Part shown: positions 25,076 through 35,600 of the stretch, one piece after another
How positions within the stretch are numbered: position 1 is the first letter of the stretch
How the letters are laid out: each line of letters starts with the position of its first letter
DNA from: Atractiella rhizophila
Taxonomy: Eukaryota
NCBI GenBank assembly: GCA_021432655.1
Contig: MU271457.1
Location: 1 to 36,400 of the forward strand
Direction of reading: 5' to 3'
Length of the DNA: 36,400 nt
Program-made: the position numbers and the translations under genes
Notes under the pieces: model-generated
The model's database searches: none
What the model was told of the DNA's origin: nothing
Seen by the model: only the letters and a program-made list of their open reading frames with translations

Positions 25076-25655
25076 CATTTTGTCACTGCCAAATCCTGTT
25101 GTGTGCTGCGTGACCGCAATTTCTTTAGAGCTTTCTGAGACTTCTCATGTCATGCGCCAAAAACTGTTGTTTGCCAACTATGAGGGAAAGCGAGCAAGCA
25201 TTCATGCAAATATGCTTCCTAACAGTCTACCATAGTATCCCTGAGCCTGTTAGCATCAAATCAAATCAAGCAAAAAAAGCATAGGTGTGTGGACTCTGGC
25301 TTATATATTCTTCACTCATCATTTTGTTACGTGCAGCAAGCTACACTCTCATGCCACGTGCAATTCAGAGAAATCAAAACAAAGAAATCGAGAGCATCGA
25401 TCCAAACCGCATCAATGTCTGCAGCAGGAGGCACCACTACACCAAGGTCGACCTGTAAGAGAGAGGCAACGCCCTGTACGTTTTAATCCTACTCCACCTA
25501 CTCCATCTCAACATGAGACAAGATCAACTAGGGCTCCACATCAGTGTCAGTGGCACCGTCAAAGCTCTTCACTATCTATATCATCACAACCAGCTCGACG
25601 ACATTGGAGACAGCATTCACCCTCCGCTGAGGAGTACAGTGAAGAAGAAACCCGA

Positions 25656-26887
25656 TCATACCCATCCTCTCCTGATCCTGATGGTGTGGACGTTTCTCGT
25701 CGACCACCAAGGAAATTGCACGAGCGGAGCGTCTCTCTCCGTTGGCTTCTTGTCCTTTTGTTCCCGACGCTGCTCATAAGTTTTTAAGAGGTACTCATCC
25801 ACCTTCCATATCTTGACAGCGCCATCTGATGCCCCCGATAGCATAAGAGGTAAGGAGGAATGCCAGTCCTAGGAACGCTTAGTGGCAGGCTGAAACTGAA
25901 ACCGCTGACATACAAGGGACAATACGGGAGCGCTGTGCCCTCCTGCACCGCTGAAGATTGCGACGAGCTGACCTGGGGGAGGCAAACCGGTTGCCTCTTG
26001 TGAACGCGTTGAACGAGACCGTTTCTGCTGGCGAGTCGGAGGGATAGATATATCCCAAAGAAGTATTTGATTGTCGAAACCGCAACTGGCGAGAAGATGC
26101 GGATGAGAAGGCGAAAACTTGAGGTCCATGACTTCCTAGTTCTTTAATAAGCCAAGTAACATCGAACCTGCGATACGTACGCCACCATGACCTCCAAGGT
26201 AAAGCAACTGCGTTCCAGCTGTAGCGTGAACGATATAAATCTTCCTATCATCTCCACCGACCGCAATGAGAGGGTCGAGGGTGTCGGGATTCACTACAAA
26301 ACATATTCAACACTATCGATTCTCGATATGTGAGGCAGCAGCTTACCAGAGCATGCAATGGCTCTAAAATTCTCCGTTTTCTGAAATTCGCCAGTATAAT
26401 TGAGGTCCGCGTCAGAAATAAACTGAGTAATAAAGTAGTTGAGCTTACGATCTCTGATTCGAACAGCAGGAGCTCTTCAAGGCAATCTTGATCGTCCTGA
26501 AGGTTAACCGCTAGGACCTGTTAAACAGTTAGTTGTGAGCGACATGCGCGGTTTTATTTCGTATATTTTACCTTACAACCTCCACACAAAGCAGCCCAGT
26601 CTCGGAACTGCCGAAAAGGACTGTGACGCCAGTAAGGGAAGAAAGTAATGGCATTGTAACCATCTATCAAGTACCCGTTGTTAACAAGTTAACCTAAGAA
26701 AGGTCACCTACATGCCTTCGAGAGGTCAACAGAAAGCTCTCAAAAGTTGAAGTGGAATACGCACTTGTGTGTGTGACAAAGGTTTCCATTCATCCACAAT
26801 TTGGTGTTTCTTGCCATCGATATGAAGGAGATCGAGCTCATTTGATAGAGATTCCGAGTTTTGGGAGTATGGTACCTGGCTTTCCAT
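25656..26887 (-). pseudogene. EED: C-terminally truncated EED/ESC copy (copy B), reading into the element (...STRNVH-TIRIRRGWV-stop)
   Basis: Same exons as copy A up to NVH, then a 9-residue element-derived tail. It lacks the last about 190 codons (22728-23297). Confidence 0.8.
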
Positions 26888-26984
26888 TGGTCACTTGGCA
26901 AGTAACAAAGTGAATCTGGGAATGAGAGGGCCAGATATCCCTGATGGTCTTGAAAGTAGCTTCACGAAAACAACTTGCTCAGAT
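25686..26984. repeat. 1.3-kb direct duplication, copy B
   Basis: Offset 2388-2389 bp from copy A (23298-24595). Confidence 0.97.
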
Positions 26985-27047
26985 TACCTGAATGCGGAGT
27001 GTTAAGGTTTGGCATTTTAAGCGTGGAGCAACAACGAAAAGAAAGGC
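26888..27047. promoter_or_regulatory. Compact divergent intergenic region (putative bidirectional promoter) between EED copy B and PRP46
   Basis: Only 160 bp separate the two inferred head-to-head ATGs (26887 minus, 27048 plus). Confidence 0.55.
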
Positions 27048-29057
27048 ATGGATTCAACAGCTTCTGCGCCAATGATGGCCTTGCCGCCTTTAGAGCCCTT
27101 GTTTAAGAAGTCTGCTAAGAGGTCTAGAATAGTGTTTTCGGGAAATGAAGGGCTGGACTGGAAAGAGGATGAGCGAAGGTGAGCTTTGCATTTGCCTTTG
27201 AGCTGGGTTTTGTGGCATGGTAGGGCAAAGAGCATGCTCTGTTCTAATTTCAAACATCTTACTATACCAGACACTGATATTTCCAAGTGTCTGTGTCCTC
27301 TCACGCGTTTAACTGGGTTGTGCTGTCCTCCAGATGGAGTTTGAAGAGGCGGCGCCTGCTTTGACATCTCCTATCGCGTTAACAAGGCTTGTCTGATGTT
27401 TCTCCGTTGTAGTACCAAGATACGGATAGCGTCAACCATAAACTCGGAATACGCTCACACGCGGAACCTGCCTCGATCTCTGCTCATGCAGCAGACGCCA
27501 CTGGGGCCAGCTCCCGCGAAAGCAATAACAGGCGGAGAGGGACCAAAGCGGCTTATGATAGAAGGTTGTATCGTTTACGCCTCGAAAATTTCCCTATTTT
27601 GACAAGTGTTTTCCAGGGCCAAATGGTGCTCCAAATTCGGTGGTAGACTCGGTTGCTCTGTAAGTCCAATGCTGTTCGGACTGAGCGTGCTTAATCTGTG
27701 AGGCAGATCTACATTGCCTGCCCAACAAGCGCCGTCATTACTGTCACAGTCTTTGATTCAGCGGAAAGAGGCGCGAACACTGAAACCAAAATTTCATCCA
27801 CAATGGAAGCTTATGAGGGTGATTTCTGGACATCTTGGTACATGTTTTCTCTAAACTTCTGCTCTCTAAACTTATTTTTCTGCAAGGCTGGGTGCGTAGT
27901 GTTGCCGTTGAGCCAGGAAACAAGTGGTTTGTCACCGGAGCAGGAGACCGTGTCATCAAAGTTCGCTTTTCTCTCTCATTGTAGTGTGCTCCTCCTCACA
28001 ATCAGTAGGTTTGGGATCTGGCATCTGGAGAGCTCAAGATATCGCTAACGGGTCATATCTCGACCGTCAGAGGACTTGCGGTCTCAAACCGCCACCCTTA
28101 TCTTTTCAGCTCTGCGGAGGATAAAGTGGGTTTATTCGCTCCCTTGGTCACATTCGCTGACGCATCTTCAGATGGTCAAATGCTGGGATCTGGAACAGAA
28201 TAAGGTCATCCGACATTATCATGGGCATCTGTCAGGCGTCTACTCTTTGGCGTGCGTCACTGTGTTATCTCCACCTCCTAGTGCTCAAAGCGTGAACATA
28301 GCCTACATCCGACCCTCGACATTCTCGTAACAGCAGGACGAGATGCGGTAGCTCGCGTACGCATCGTTCTCTTTCACCGTCCACTCGAAGATTCAATAAT
28401 CCATTATAGGTCTGGGACATGCGAACGAAAGCTGGTATTCATGTGCTCTCTGGCCACACAGCTACTATTTCAGCCGTAGCTTGCCAAGACTCCGATCCTC
28501 AAGTGATTACAGGGAGCATGGACAGCACGGTTCGGTTAGTCTCACGACCTTCTTCTTTGAAGTGAGTCTGATATAGTCGCAGGTTGTGGGATCTAGCCGC
28601 TGGCAAAACAATGGTCCAGCTCACACATCACCACAAATCAGTGCGAGCTCTCGCAGTCCACCCAACGGAATACTCCTTTGCATCTGGCTCTTCTGGAGGG
28701 AATAATATTAAAAAATGGAAGTGCCCAGAAGGAGCATTTGTTCACAACTTCAGTGGCCACGACGCCATCATCAACACCGTCAGCGTTAATGAGGAAGGTG
28801 TATTTTTCAGTGGCGGTCCGTTTCCCATGAATTGCATTATTCGTTATATCGTGCTCACGATGAGAACAGGAGACAATGGCTCGATCTCTTTGTGGGATTA
28901 CGGAACTGGTCTCCCGTTCCAAACCTTCAATGACATACCACAGCCTGGATCATTGGATTCTGAGGCTGGGATCTTTTGTAGCACTTTCGATCAGACAGGG
29001 ACGAGACTTATCACTGGAGGAGCGGATAAGACGATCAAGGTATATAAAGAAATGTAA
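27048..29057 (+). CDS. PRP46: Pre-mRNA splicing factor Prp46/PLRG1 (WD40, NTC/Prp19 complex)
   Basis: [14 protein letters not shown]-terminal motif, [52 protein letters not shown] and [37 protein letters not shown]; stop at 29057. Confidence 0.95.
27190..27369 (+). ncRNA. Candidate intronic H/ACA-like snoRNA in PRP46 intron 1
   Basis: The intron is 234 nt, against about 50 nt elsewhere. It has hairpin 27191-27229, H-box-like AGAGCA at 27229-27234, further hairpins and ACA at 27364-27366. Confidence 0.3.
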
Positions 29058-29104
29058 CTTGGGTAAAGTTGCAATGGGGATCCAACAGTGCTTACAAGAA
29101 AAGT

Positions 29105-30515
29105 TCAATCAGTGTCCAAAGCTTCCTTCTTTTTCGACCTTTTCTTTTTCTTAGAACTGTCTATCACACCCTCATCTTCTGGCCTGACTTCCTTTCTCGC
29201 CTTCTTCGACCTCTTTTTGCTAGGTTGCTCCTCAGGTCCTGTATCTTGCTCCTCTCGCACAATCGTCCTCTTTGATCGTTTCTTCTTGCTCCGACCCTCT
29301 TCATCCGATACCCCTTCTTTCGACTTCTTCTTGCTCTCCTTTCTTGGAGCCTCATCCTCGTCGCTAGCTTCACGCTCTTCCTCCGGCTCCATGGGCTTAC
29401 TACTTTTGTTCTTTGGCACACCTTCATTGTCACCGTCAGTATCGTATAATGCTAGGCCTTCGGTATTAGCGCGTCACTTCAACCAAAGAAGAGAGCGCCC
29501 ACCTTCTTCCTTCTTCTTCTTCCTCTTCTTCCCACGCCTCTGCTCCTCGTCGCTTACACCATCGCGTTCCTCCTCTGATCGATACCTTGGCTTCCTACCT
29601 GGCGCGTCAGATTCAGATCTCTCTTCGTCTTCTTTCCGTTTACGCTTCCTCTTCTGCCTCTTCTCCTTCTTCTTCGCTAATGTTTCTTCCTCTTCCACCT
29701 CAGAATCTGCAACCAGGAAGCCATTTAAACTTGCACTGTCGTCCTGATCCACCGTCTCTAAAGGATGTGCGCGAAGCTCTTCCGCATCCGTCAATACGTC
29801 CATATCTGCATCCATGATTTCAGGAGTGGCATCGCGCTGCTTCTTCTTCTTTTTTGTTTTGTTGGCAAGAACGTCCACTGCTTCCTCACTCTCGCTGTCC
29901 GGTCCCTTCTCCTTCTCCTTTGTCACCGCTTGGGGGTCCCGCTTTCGTGGCTTCGGGCGAGGTCGGTCCTTCTTGGATTTATCGTCCACTTTGGATGTGA
30001 GGTCGATTCCTTGGTGCTTCGCGTTAGCTACAATATCGTCGAAGAGTCCTGGTGTGCCTTCACATGTATTTAGAGCTTATTTGAATGAGTGGGCAAGCAT
30101 ACGATGAGTGACAAGTCGAAGGTCCTCCACCCCTACGGTTTTCCGTCCAGCATGCAAAGCATATTGTTCTAGAGTGCTTCCCAGAGATTTCGCCTGATTG
30201 AACACGAGCTCGGTAAGCGTAGCGCAGAAGCCTTCGGAGGCTGCAAAGCCCAATTCGACTTCTACAGGAACACTCAGGGTCAGCTGTTACGCTCACAAGC
30301 TAGGATGAGAATTACGCGCCAGATTCTTCTAGTATCTAGATACATCAATGCTCGTTAGTAAAACGCGTCATTTTGAGAAAGATTGTGGCGACTTGCCTTT
30401 GAGACAGTGTACCACATTGCGGTTTTGAGCTCCTACAGGAGAAATGAATGAATTCTGAAAAAAAAATTACACGAAAACGCACATCTTCCTTTGGCGACCC
30501 ACCCCTCTGAGCCAT
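29105..30515 (-). CDS. MHF1: CENP-S/MHF1 histone-fold protein with a long Lys/Glu/Arg-rich C-terminal extension (about 383 aa in this model)
   Basis: Spliced translation ELKTAMWYTVSKILEESEVELGFAASEGFCATLTELVFNQAKSLGSTLEQYALHAGRKTVGVEDLRLV matches the CENP-S pattern. It continues in phase into ORFs 29474-29989 and 29105-29419. Confidence 0.8.
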
Positions 30516-30880
30516 TGTGAAAGGTACTCGCGTATAAGTTCGGTTCTTTTTATCTGAAGAAAGTTGCCAGATACCATGACTCGACGGAAGCGAGGATTGT
30601 GTTGTTTGCTTCTTACTTCTCCCCAACTTACTGCCTTCGAGTTCTTACCATCAAGTCACAATCAGTCTGTAGTGGTTGAATCTCGGAATTAGGACAAGAG
30701 CATGTAGGCAGCGCGCGAGATAAGGGATATCTCGTTTGTTTCCCTCTCGACCAAGGTCTTCACACAATGGAAGCCTTCAAAATGATTTGTAACTATCGAC
30801 AGTCGTGCAGGAGAAAAGAGTACTGAGCATGTGTGGAACGTGCTAGTCGGACGCCATAACGTATTCTGTGTTGCAATTCA

Positions 30881-31169
30881 GGAGGAGTTGATCAAGTCGG
30901 CTGATCTTCACTATTGGGGAGACGTTGAGGATGAGCTCAGGTGAGCCTACTTCAACCTTCTTGGGCCGGTAGTAGAGCTATTGGAGGGAAACAGTACCTT
31001 CCAGAAACGTTTTCCATTGGACTGGTCATCAAGTCTCGTCTCGACACTGGCAACAGGGAGGCAAAAGCTGAGTCACGTGACGAGCAGAACCGCCAATATT
31101 TTTGCCGAAAGCATGACCTGGATCTGGCGTGACAACCCACCTGACCAGCACCCGTTTATTGAATCGTAA
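30881..31169 (+). CDS. Possible small spliced hypothetical gene or gene remnant (5' end unresolved)
   Basis: EELIKSADLHYWGDVEDEL joins through a GTGAGC...CAG intron in phase to TFQKRFPLDW...HPFIES-stop. No family recognised. Confidence 0.3.
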
Positions 31170-32610
31170 TCTCGTAAGCTTTTCGGATTGAATGTTTATT
31201 TAGGTTTTCTAGCGCACCCTGCAATCCTGATGTTGAGCCAGGTTGAACACTTCCCGAACCAATTTTTTTGGTGTTGCTTGCCCGATTCCCGATTCACCGA
31301 TTGAAGGAGCTCCGGTAGCGTGTTAGCAACGCTTCATCCATGCGCCTGAAGGTGGACAAGTGTCGCTGAGCGCAAAATTCGTCAGAGCTTTTGGGCTGAA
31401 CTGAGCAATTTTCTCCACCTTAGCGCTGACATCGCTGATATCCAACTGGGCCAAAATACGAACCACCTTATTTGGAGATTAGATCATAGGCCACCCGGAC
31501 TCGATAGACTGTCCGCTCGCTCTTTCGATCCCATGCCCAACTCGCTCCACATAGGAAGCTGACCTTACTGGAAGGTCGCGTTCGGACATCACTTCAGCAT
31601 CAATATGCAGGCATATGTGAAAACCGAACTGCTAATGGGTGAGTGAGGTTCTGAGAGAGGTTGTATGTACACCGTGCTCTTCGGAATAAAATGGAATCTG
31701 CGAGCAGAGTATTGACAAGTCGCAAACGTACGCTGAGAAGCTGAGAATCTTGAGAAAATGCCCGAACCTTTTTCCCGTCAAACTTAAAACTGTTGCCACC
31801 GCTAAAGCCAAACGTTCTCCCTGACGCGAGGCCTGACGTCCCCTAGCATCCGCTAGCATCGAAGCTCCTGAGCTGAGCAGATATACCCTCTATCTGTTTG
31901 ACCTCATTCTCCCTTCGATTCAGCCGCGAGAATCGACTGAGAGCGGTCTACGGTCTTGTGGGCACACTCAAAGGGGTTCGTTCCCATTGAGAACATCATT
32001 TTGCGGGAGTACCTGGAGCATTCTTGCAAGGGTAAGCCTTTTCATTCTACGCTTCATCGTCGGTAAAAGGGGGGTCGTGCTCACTTGGGGTGCTCACAAA
32101 GCGTTGTCGTTACCTCAAACGACTTGTGTTGAACAGAGGATCGCGATTTGCGTCGAAGTCGCTTGCCCTCGTTCCCTGTTGCGTCAAATCCTATCCTCGT
32201 CGCAATCCGCCAGCCCTCGCTCCCGCCTATTGGTGACCTCGCTATCAGGTTGGGCTTACGATACCTTAAAACCCGAAAACGAGACATACGACAAGTCATC
32301 ACTTTCTTTCAATACCTACCACTCACCTCAAAACCGAGATAGTGAACACAAGATTTGGAGCGCATATCATAGTAGTTATTGTCATTTATTGTTAAGACTT
32401 TTCTTTATCCCAGTTAAGAGGTGGAGCTTGGGTCTAGAAGCACTTGTGACGAAGTATCGTTTAATTCTTTACTCCCTTTTTGTTCATTTCTTTCCCTTTC
32501 TGATCCCGAACAGTAAGTGCCACTTGGTTCACGCAGTTCCTGCTCCTGAGCTGATTGTCTGCTAGCGTGTACGGGTCAATCCAAAGGGATTCAGTATTTC
32601 GACGCTCCAA

Positions 32611-35600
32611 ATGTCACTACTGGTTTCACCATCGTCACCTCCTAATCTTCTCTCGAACCTCGCGACGACGTCAACGACATCCACCAATACAGCCGTACCT
32701 AACACTGTCCTCTCCGATCCTCCCATCGTTGATCCAGCGTTGGTCGCCGTAGCTACTTCTGCAGCTGCAGCGGTCATGCCTCTCCTCCGACGCGGAACGA
32801 AGGACTCCTCGACAGGGAGTGACAGATCCGCTCCTCCCTCCCCCAACGCTGGAGCGCTCGCGCAGCTGCAGCCTCAATCGCCTCAGCGTTCTGATTCCCG
32901 AGCATCTGACATCATCTCCGTTTTCACCACGAAACGCGCCGGGACACCAATCCCGTCATCGAACTCCCATCCTGCAAAGCTCAACCTGAAGCTCTTCAGA
33001 AGCAACCCTAGCGCCGAAAAGAAGAAGTCGGCGAACAAACTTAATAAGCGGAATCGCATTCAGCAGCCTTCAGCAGAAGAATCACTACCTACTAACGACT
33101 TTGGAATGTTGAAACAAGAGCCTGGTTCACCACAAGTCATACCGAAAAGGAAAGCGTCTCTCTATGCTGGACGACGAGGTAGCATGAGCGAGAGAGCTTT
33201 GGACAAGCTAGTGGAGAACCGTGAAGGCGGAAGGTTTAGGGTGCACCAGAAGCAAGAGTCTGTAGTATCCGTACAGATCCTCAATCCTGCCGAGTCCGAG
33301 CATGGTGTTGTCGACGACAGGAAGGATAGCGAAATGTACCAACAACCAGCGCTTGCTTCCTCGACTTCATCCTATTCGCCGGATTTCCCTTTTGGCGGAC
33401 TACCGTCACCTACAACATTGAACTCAGTTCCAACGCCTCCGCAGGTCTCAACCCCTGTTACAGAAGATGGAAGCAACATGTCCGGGTCTCGCAAGAGAAC
33501 CAGCTCCAGATTTTCCCCCTCAGAAGCGCTGCATTCAGTCATTGGTGCTGTGCGCACGAGGAGACCTTCCAGCAGGACTCGCACTTTGTCTGGCAACGTT
33601 TCTCCCACGCCGCCTCCGATTGTCACCAGCCTTTCACTTGAAGAATCGAGCACGAACACGCCGTCCGCATTTGATGATGGAACGAGCCAGCCGTCCAGCC
33701 CAGTTACTCCCTCATCTTCCCCGGAGAAGCCCCGCCGTCAGCCAATTCGCAGAAGCAGTCGAGCAATGTCGATAGAGTCCAACATCTCGGAACGATCACG
33801 GAGAAGTTCGACCCCACTTCCAACTCCAGCAAAGCTAGTTAAAAAGCCAAAGGTACCGGAGAGTCCTTCTAAACAGGCGAACAGCATGATACGCCTCGGG
33901 TTGGGACTTCCCAGCTCAGCCGCCAACTCTCGTATCCTCAATGATGGAGCTCTCAAAGCTTCAGCTCAAATGAAACCCTCTTCATCGAAAGATTCTAATG
34001 GATCCAAGTCAGCTGCAGAAATTGAGGCGGATAAGATAACGCATAATAGGGCTCAGGCGTTGTCGATTTTAGAAGGAGGTTCCGAAACTGGCTCCAGCAT
34101 TCGAGGTACTTTGGGAGACTCGGACTCGGATGATAATGACGTTGCCGTGGACGATGACGAGCTTGACATGGACTTCTCCGATCCTCTCGATTTCCCTCGA
34201 CCCGTCCTTCCCGCGACTACCCCAAGCCCTGGTCGAGGCTCCCCAGCCCTGCATAGTGAGAGCGGACTGCCAATAGCACCTCGAGTACGGCGGAGGAGCT
34301 CTTCGAACAGGGGCTCAAATGGGAAAGGTAAAGGACGAGAACTGGCCGGAGTTATAGAAGTTCCCGATTGGGCTAGGGTCAGCGATTTCATCAAGAAAGA
34401 ATTAGGACGCGGCTGCTTGAGCAGAATGAGCGGAGTAGCCATAAGTACCGGCAATTTGCAGGGGAAGCAGATGCGTCGACTGGAGAGCGATGAAAAGGAG
34501 CTGTGGAGTGCTATTGCTGATGGTGTCGTCCTCGTACGGTAAGTTAGTCTTCACCACGTTTCTCTTTTGCTCACTCCGGAACCACAGACTCCTCACCCAC
34601 ATAGCTCCGTATCTGGGACTGTCAGATCCAGACCGTCGCGATCTGCCGATGGCTCGAAGGCAAAATATCATCTCTTTTGTTCAAGGTGTGCAAACCCTAG
34701 GAATACGACCTCAAGATCGTTTCCAACTAGAGGATCTGGAGGGCCGACGTGGTGCTGATGGTTGGGACACCGTTCTTCGATGCCTTCTCGCTTTAGAGAA
34801 ATGGTGTTACGAACAAAGAACTGATGTGCCATTCAAGGCATCACTGGAACCGCCTCCAGAGATAAATCGCGATAGCGGACGATCATCCGTCGAGTTTCCT
34901 AGGAGCGACGATGAACCAACTTTCCCTATTTCCCCTCGACATACCCCTCCTCCTCCTCATACTCCTTCATCACTAGCCTCCCGTCACTCCTTATTAACAA
35001 GTTCGACCAAAATGGTCAGGGCGAGGAACTCGAACCAAGAACCCAGTTCGTCGAGTGGAGCATCTTCACGGTTGAGTTGGGAGCGGTCATCCACCGAAAG
35101 CAGACCAGACTCGCGGATATCCCAAGTTACAGCCACGACCTCTGCCCCGAGTTCGAATGGAGGTGTAAGGAAAAAGACTCTGTCCGCAGCTGAATCTCCA
35201 AGATTGCCGACGGACTACTTCACAGGGGTACCGGAAGACAGAGAATTCCTTGCCACTTCTCCCCGACGCTTACGAGTGTCTATCGCACGAAATGCGTCCC
35301 ATCACGCTTCGAGATCGTCTCCCTATTCTCCCCCTACGTCCCCAACCCTGCCTTCAGCCCACAGTCCAAATCGACCCTCTCCGCTGCGCACTCCCGAATC
35401 TACAACAGGGCCTTCTGTCACCTTCGCCCCAGAAGTTGACTCGCCACCATCCCGAAAAAACATGTCCACACGCATTTATGGCGATCGAAGGATGTCGGAG
35501 TCTGCCATTGATATATTGACAAGGGTGGACGAGTCAGACGAAGGAACGTCTGCGAACAGTAGTCCAAAGCGAAACCCCTCGGAGCCAAAACCAACGAACG

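Larger units (their letters stand above)
24595..25685 (+). mobile_element. Putative 3'-truncated Helitron-like element (5' terminal about 1.09 kb)
   Basis: Begins TCCTTATATAAAAAG directly after a host A; the uninterrupted host context in copy B reads CAGA|TTACC, an AT target site. It has internal tandem repeats and apparent CpG decay. No CTRR 3' end or Rep/helicase ORF is seen. Confidence 0.6.

Noticed and set aside
24910..25093. Inverted repeats (CATGACTGAG/CTCAGTCATG and TTTGGCA..TGACAAAA/TTTTGTCA..TGCCAAA) as MITE terminal repeats
   Set aside because: The two pairs are not in mirrored order, so they do not form one TIR structure, and no TSD is evident.
23333..26964. RIP as the cause of differences between the EED copies
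   Set aside because: There are too few changes, they go in both directions and they lack a consistent dinucleotide context.
23298..26984. The 1.3-kb direct repeats as LTRs of a retrotransposon or as a conventional target-site duplication
   Set aside because: The repeats are intron-containing EED sequence without TG...CA ends, no gag/pol lies between them, and they are far longer than any normal TSD.
27017..27367. Minus-strand 116-aa ORF (MSKQAPPLQ...) as the 5' exon of EED
   Set aside because: It is antisense to PRP46 exon 1 and intron 1 and has no EED similarity. An in-frame EED ATG exists at 26887.
29088..29747. 219-aa Phe/Ser/Leu-rich plus-strand ORF
   Set aside because: Antisense shadow of the Lys/Glu-rich MHF1 tail.
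30826..30847. Hairpin plus CTAG as a Helitron 3' end
   Set aside because: The stem overlaps the CTAG instead of lying about 10 nt upstream, and it would enclose intact host genes; likely chance.
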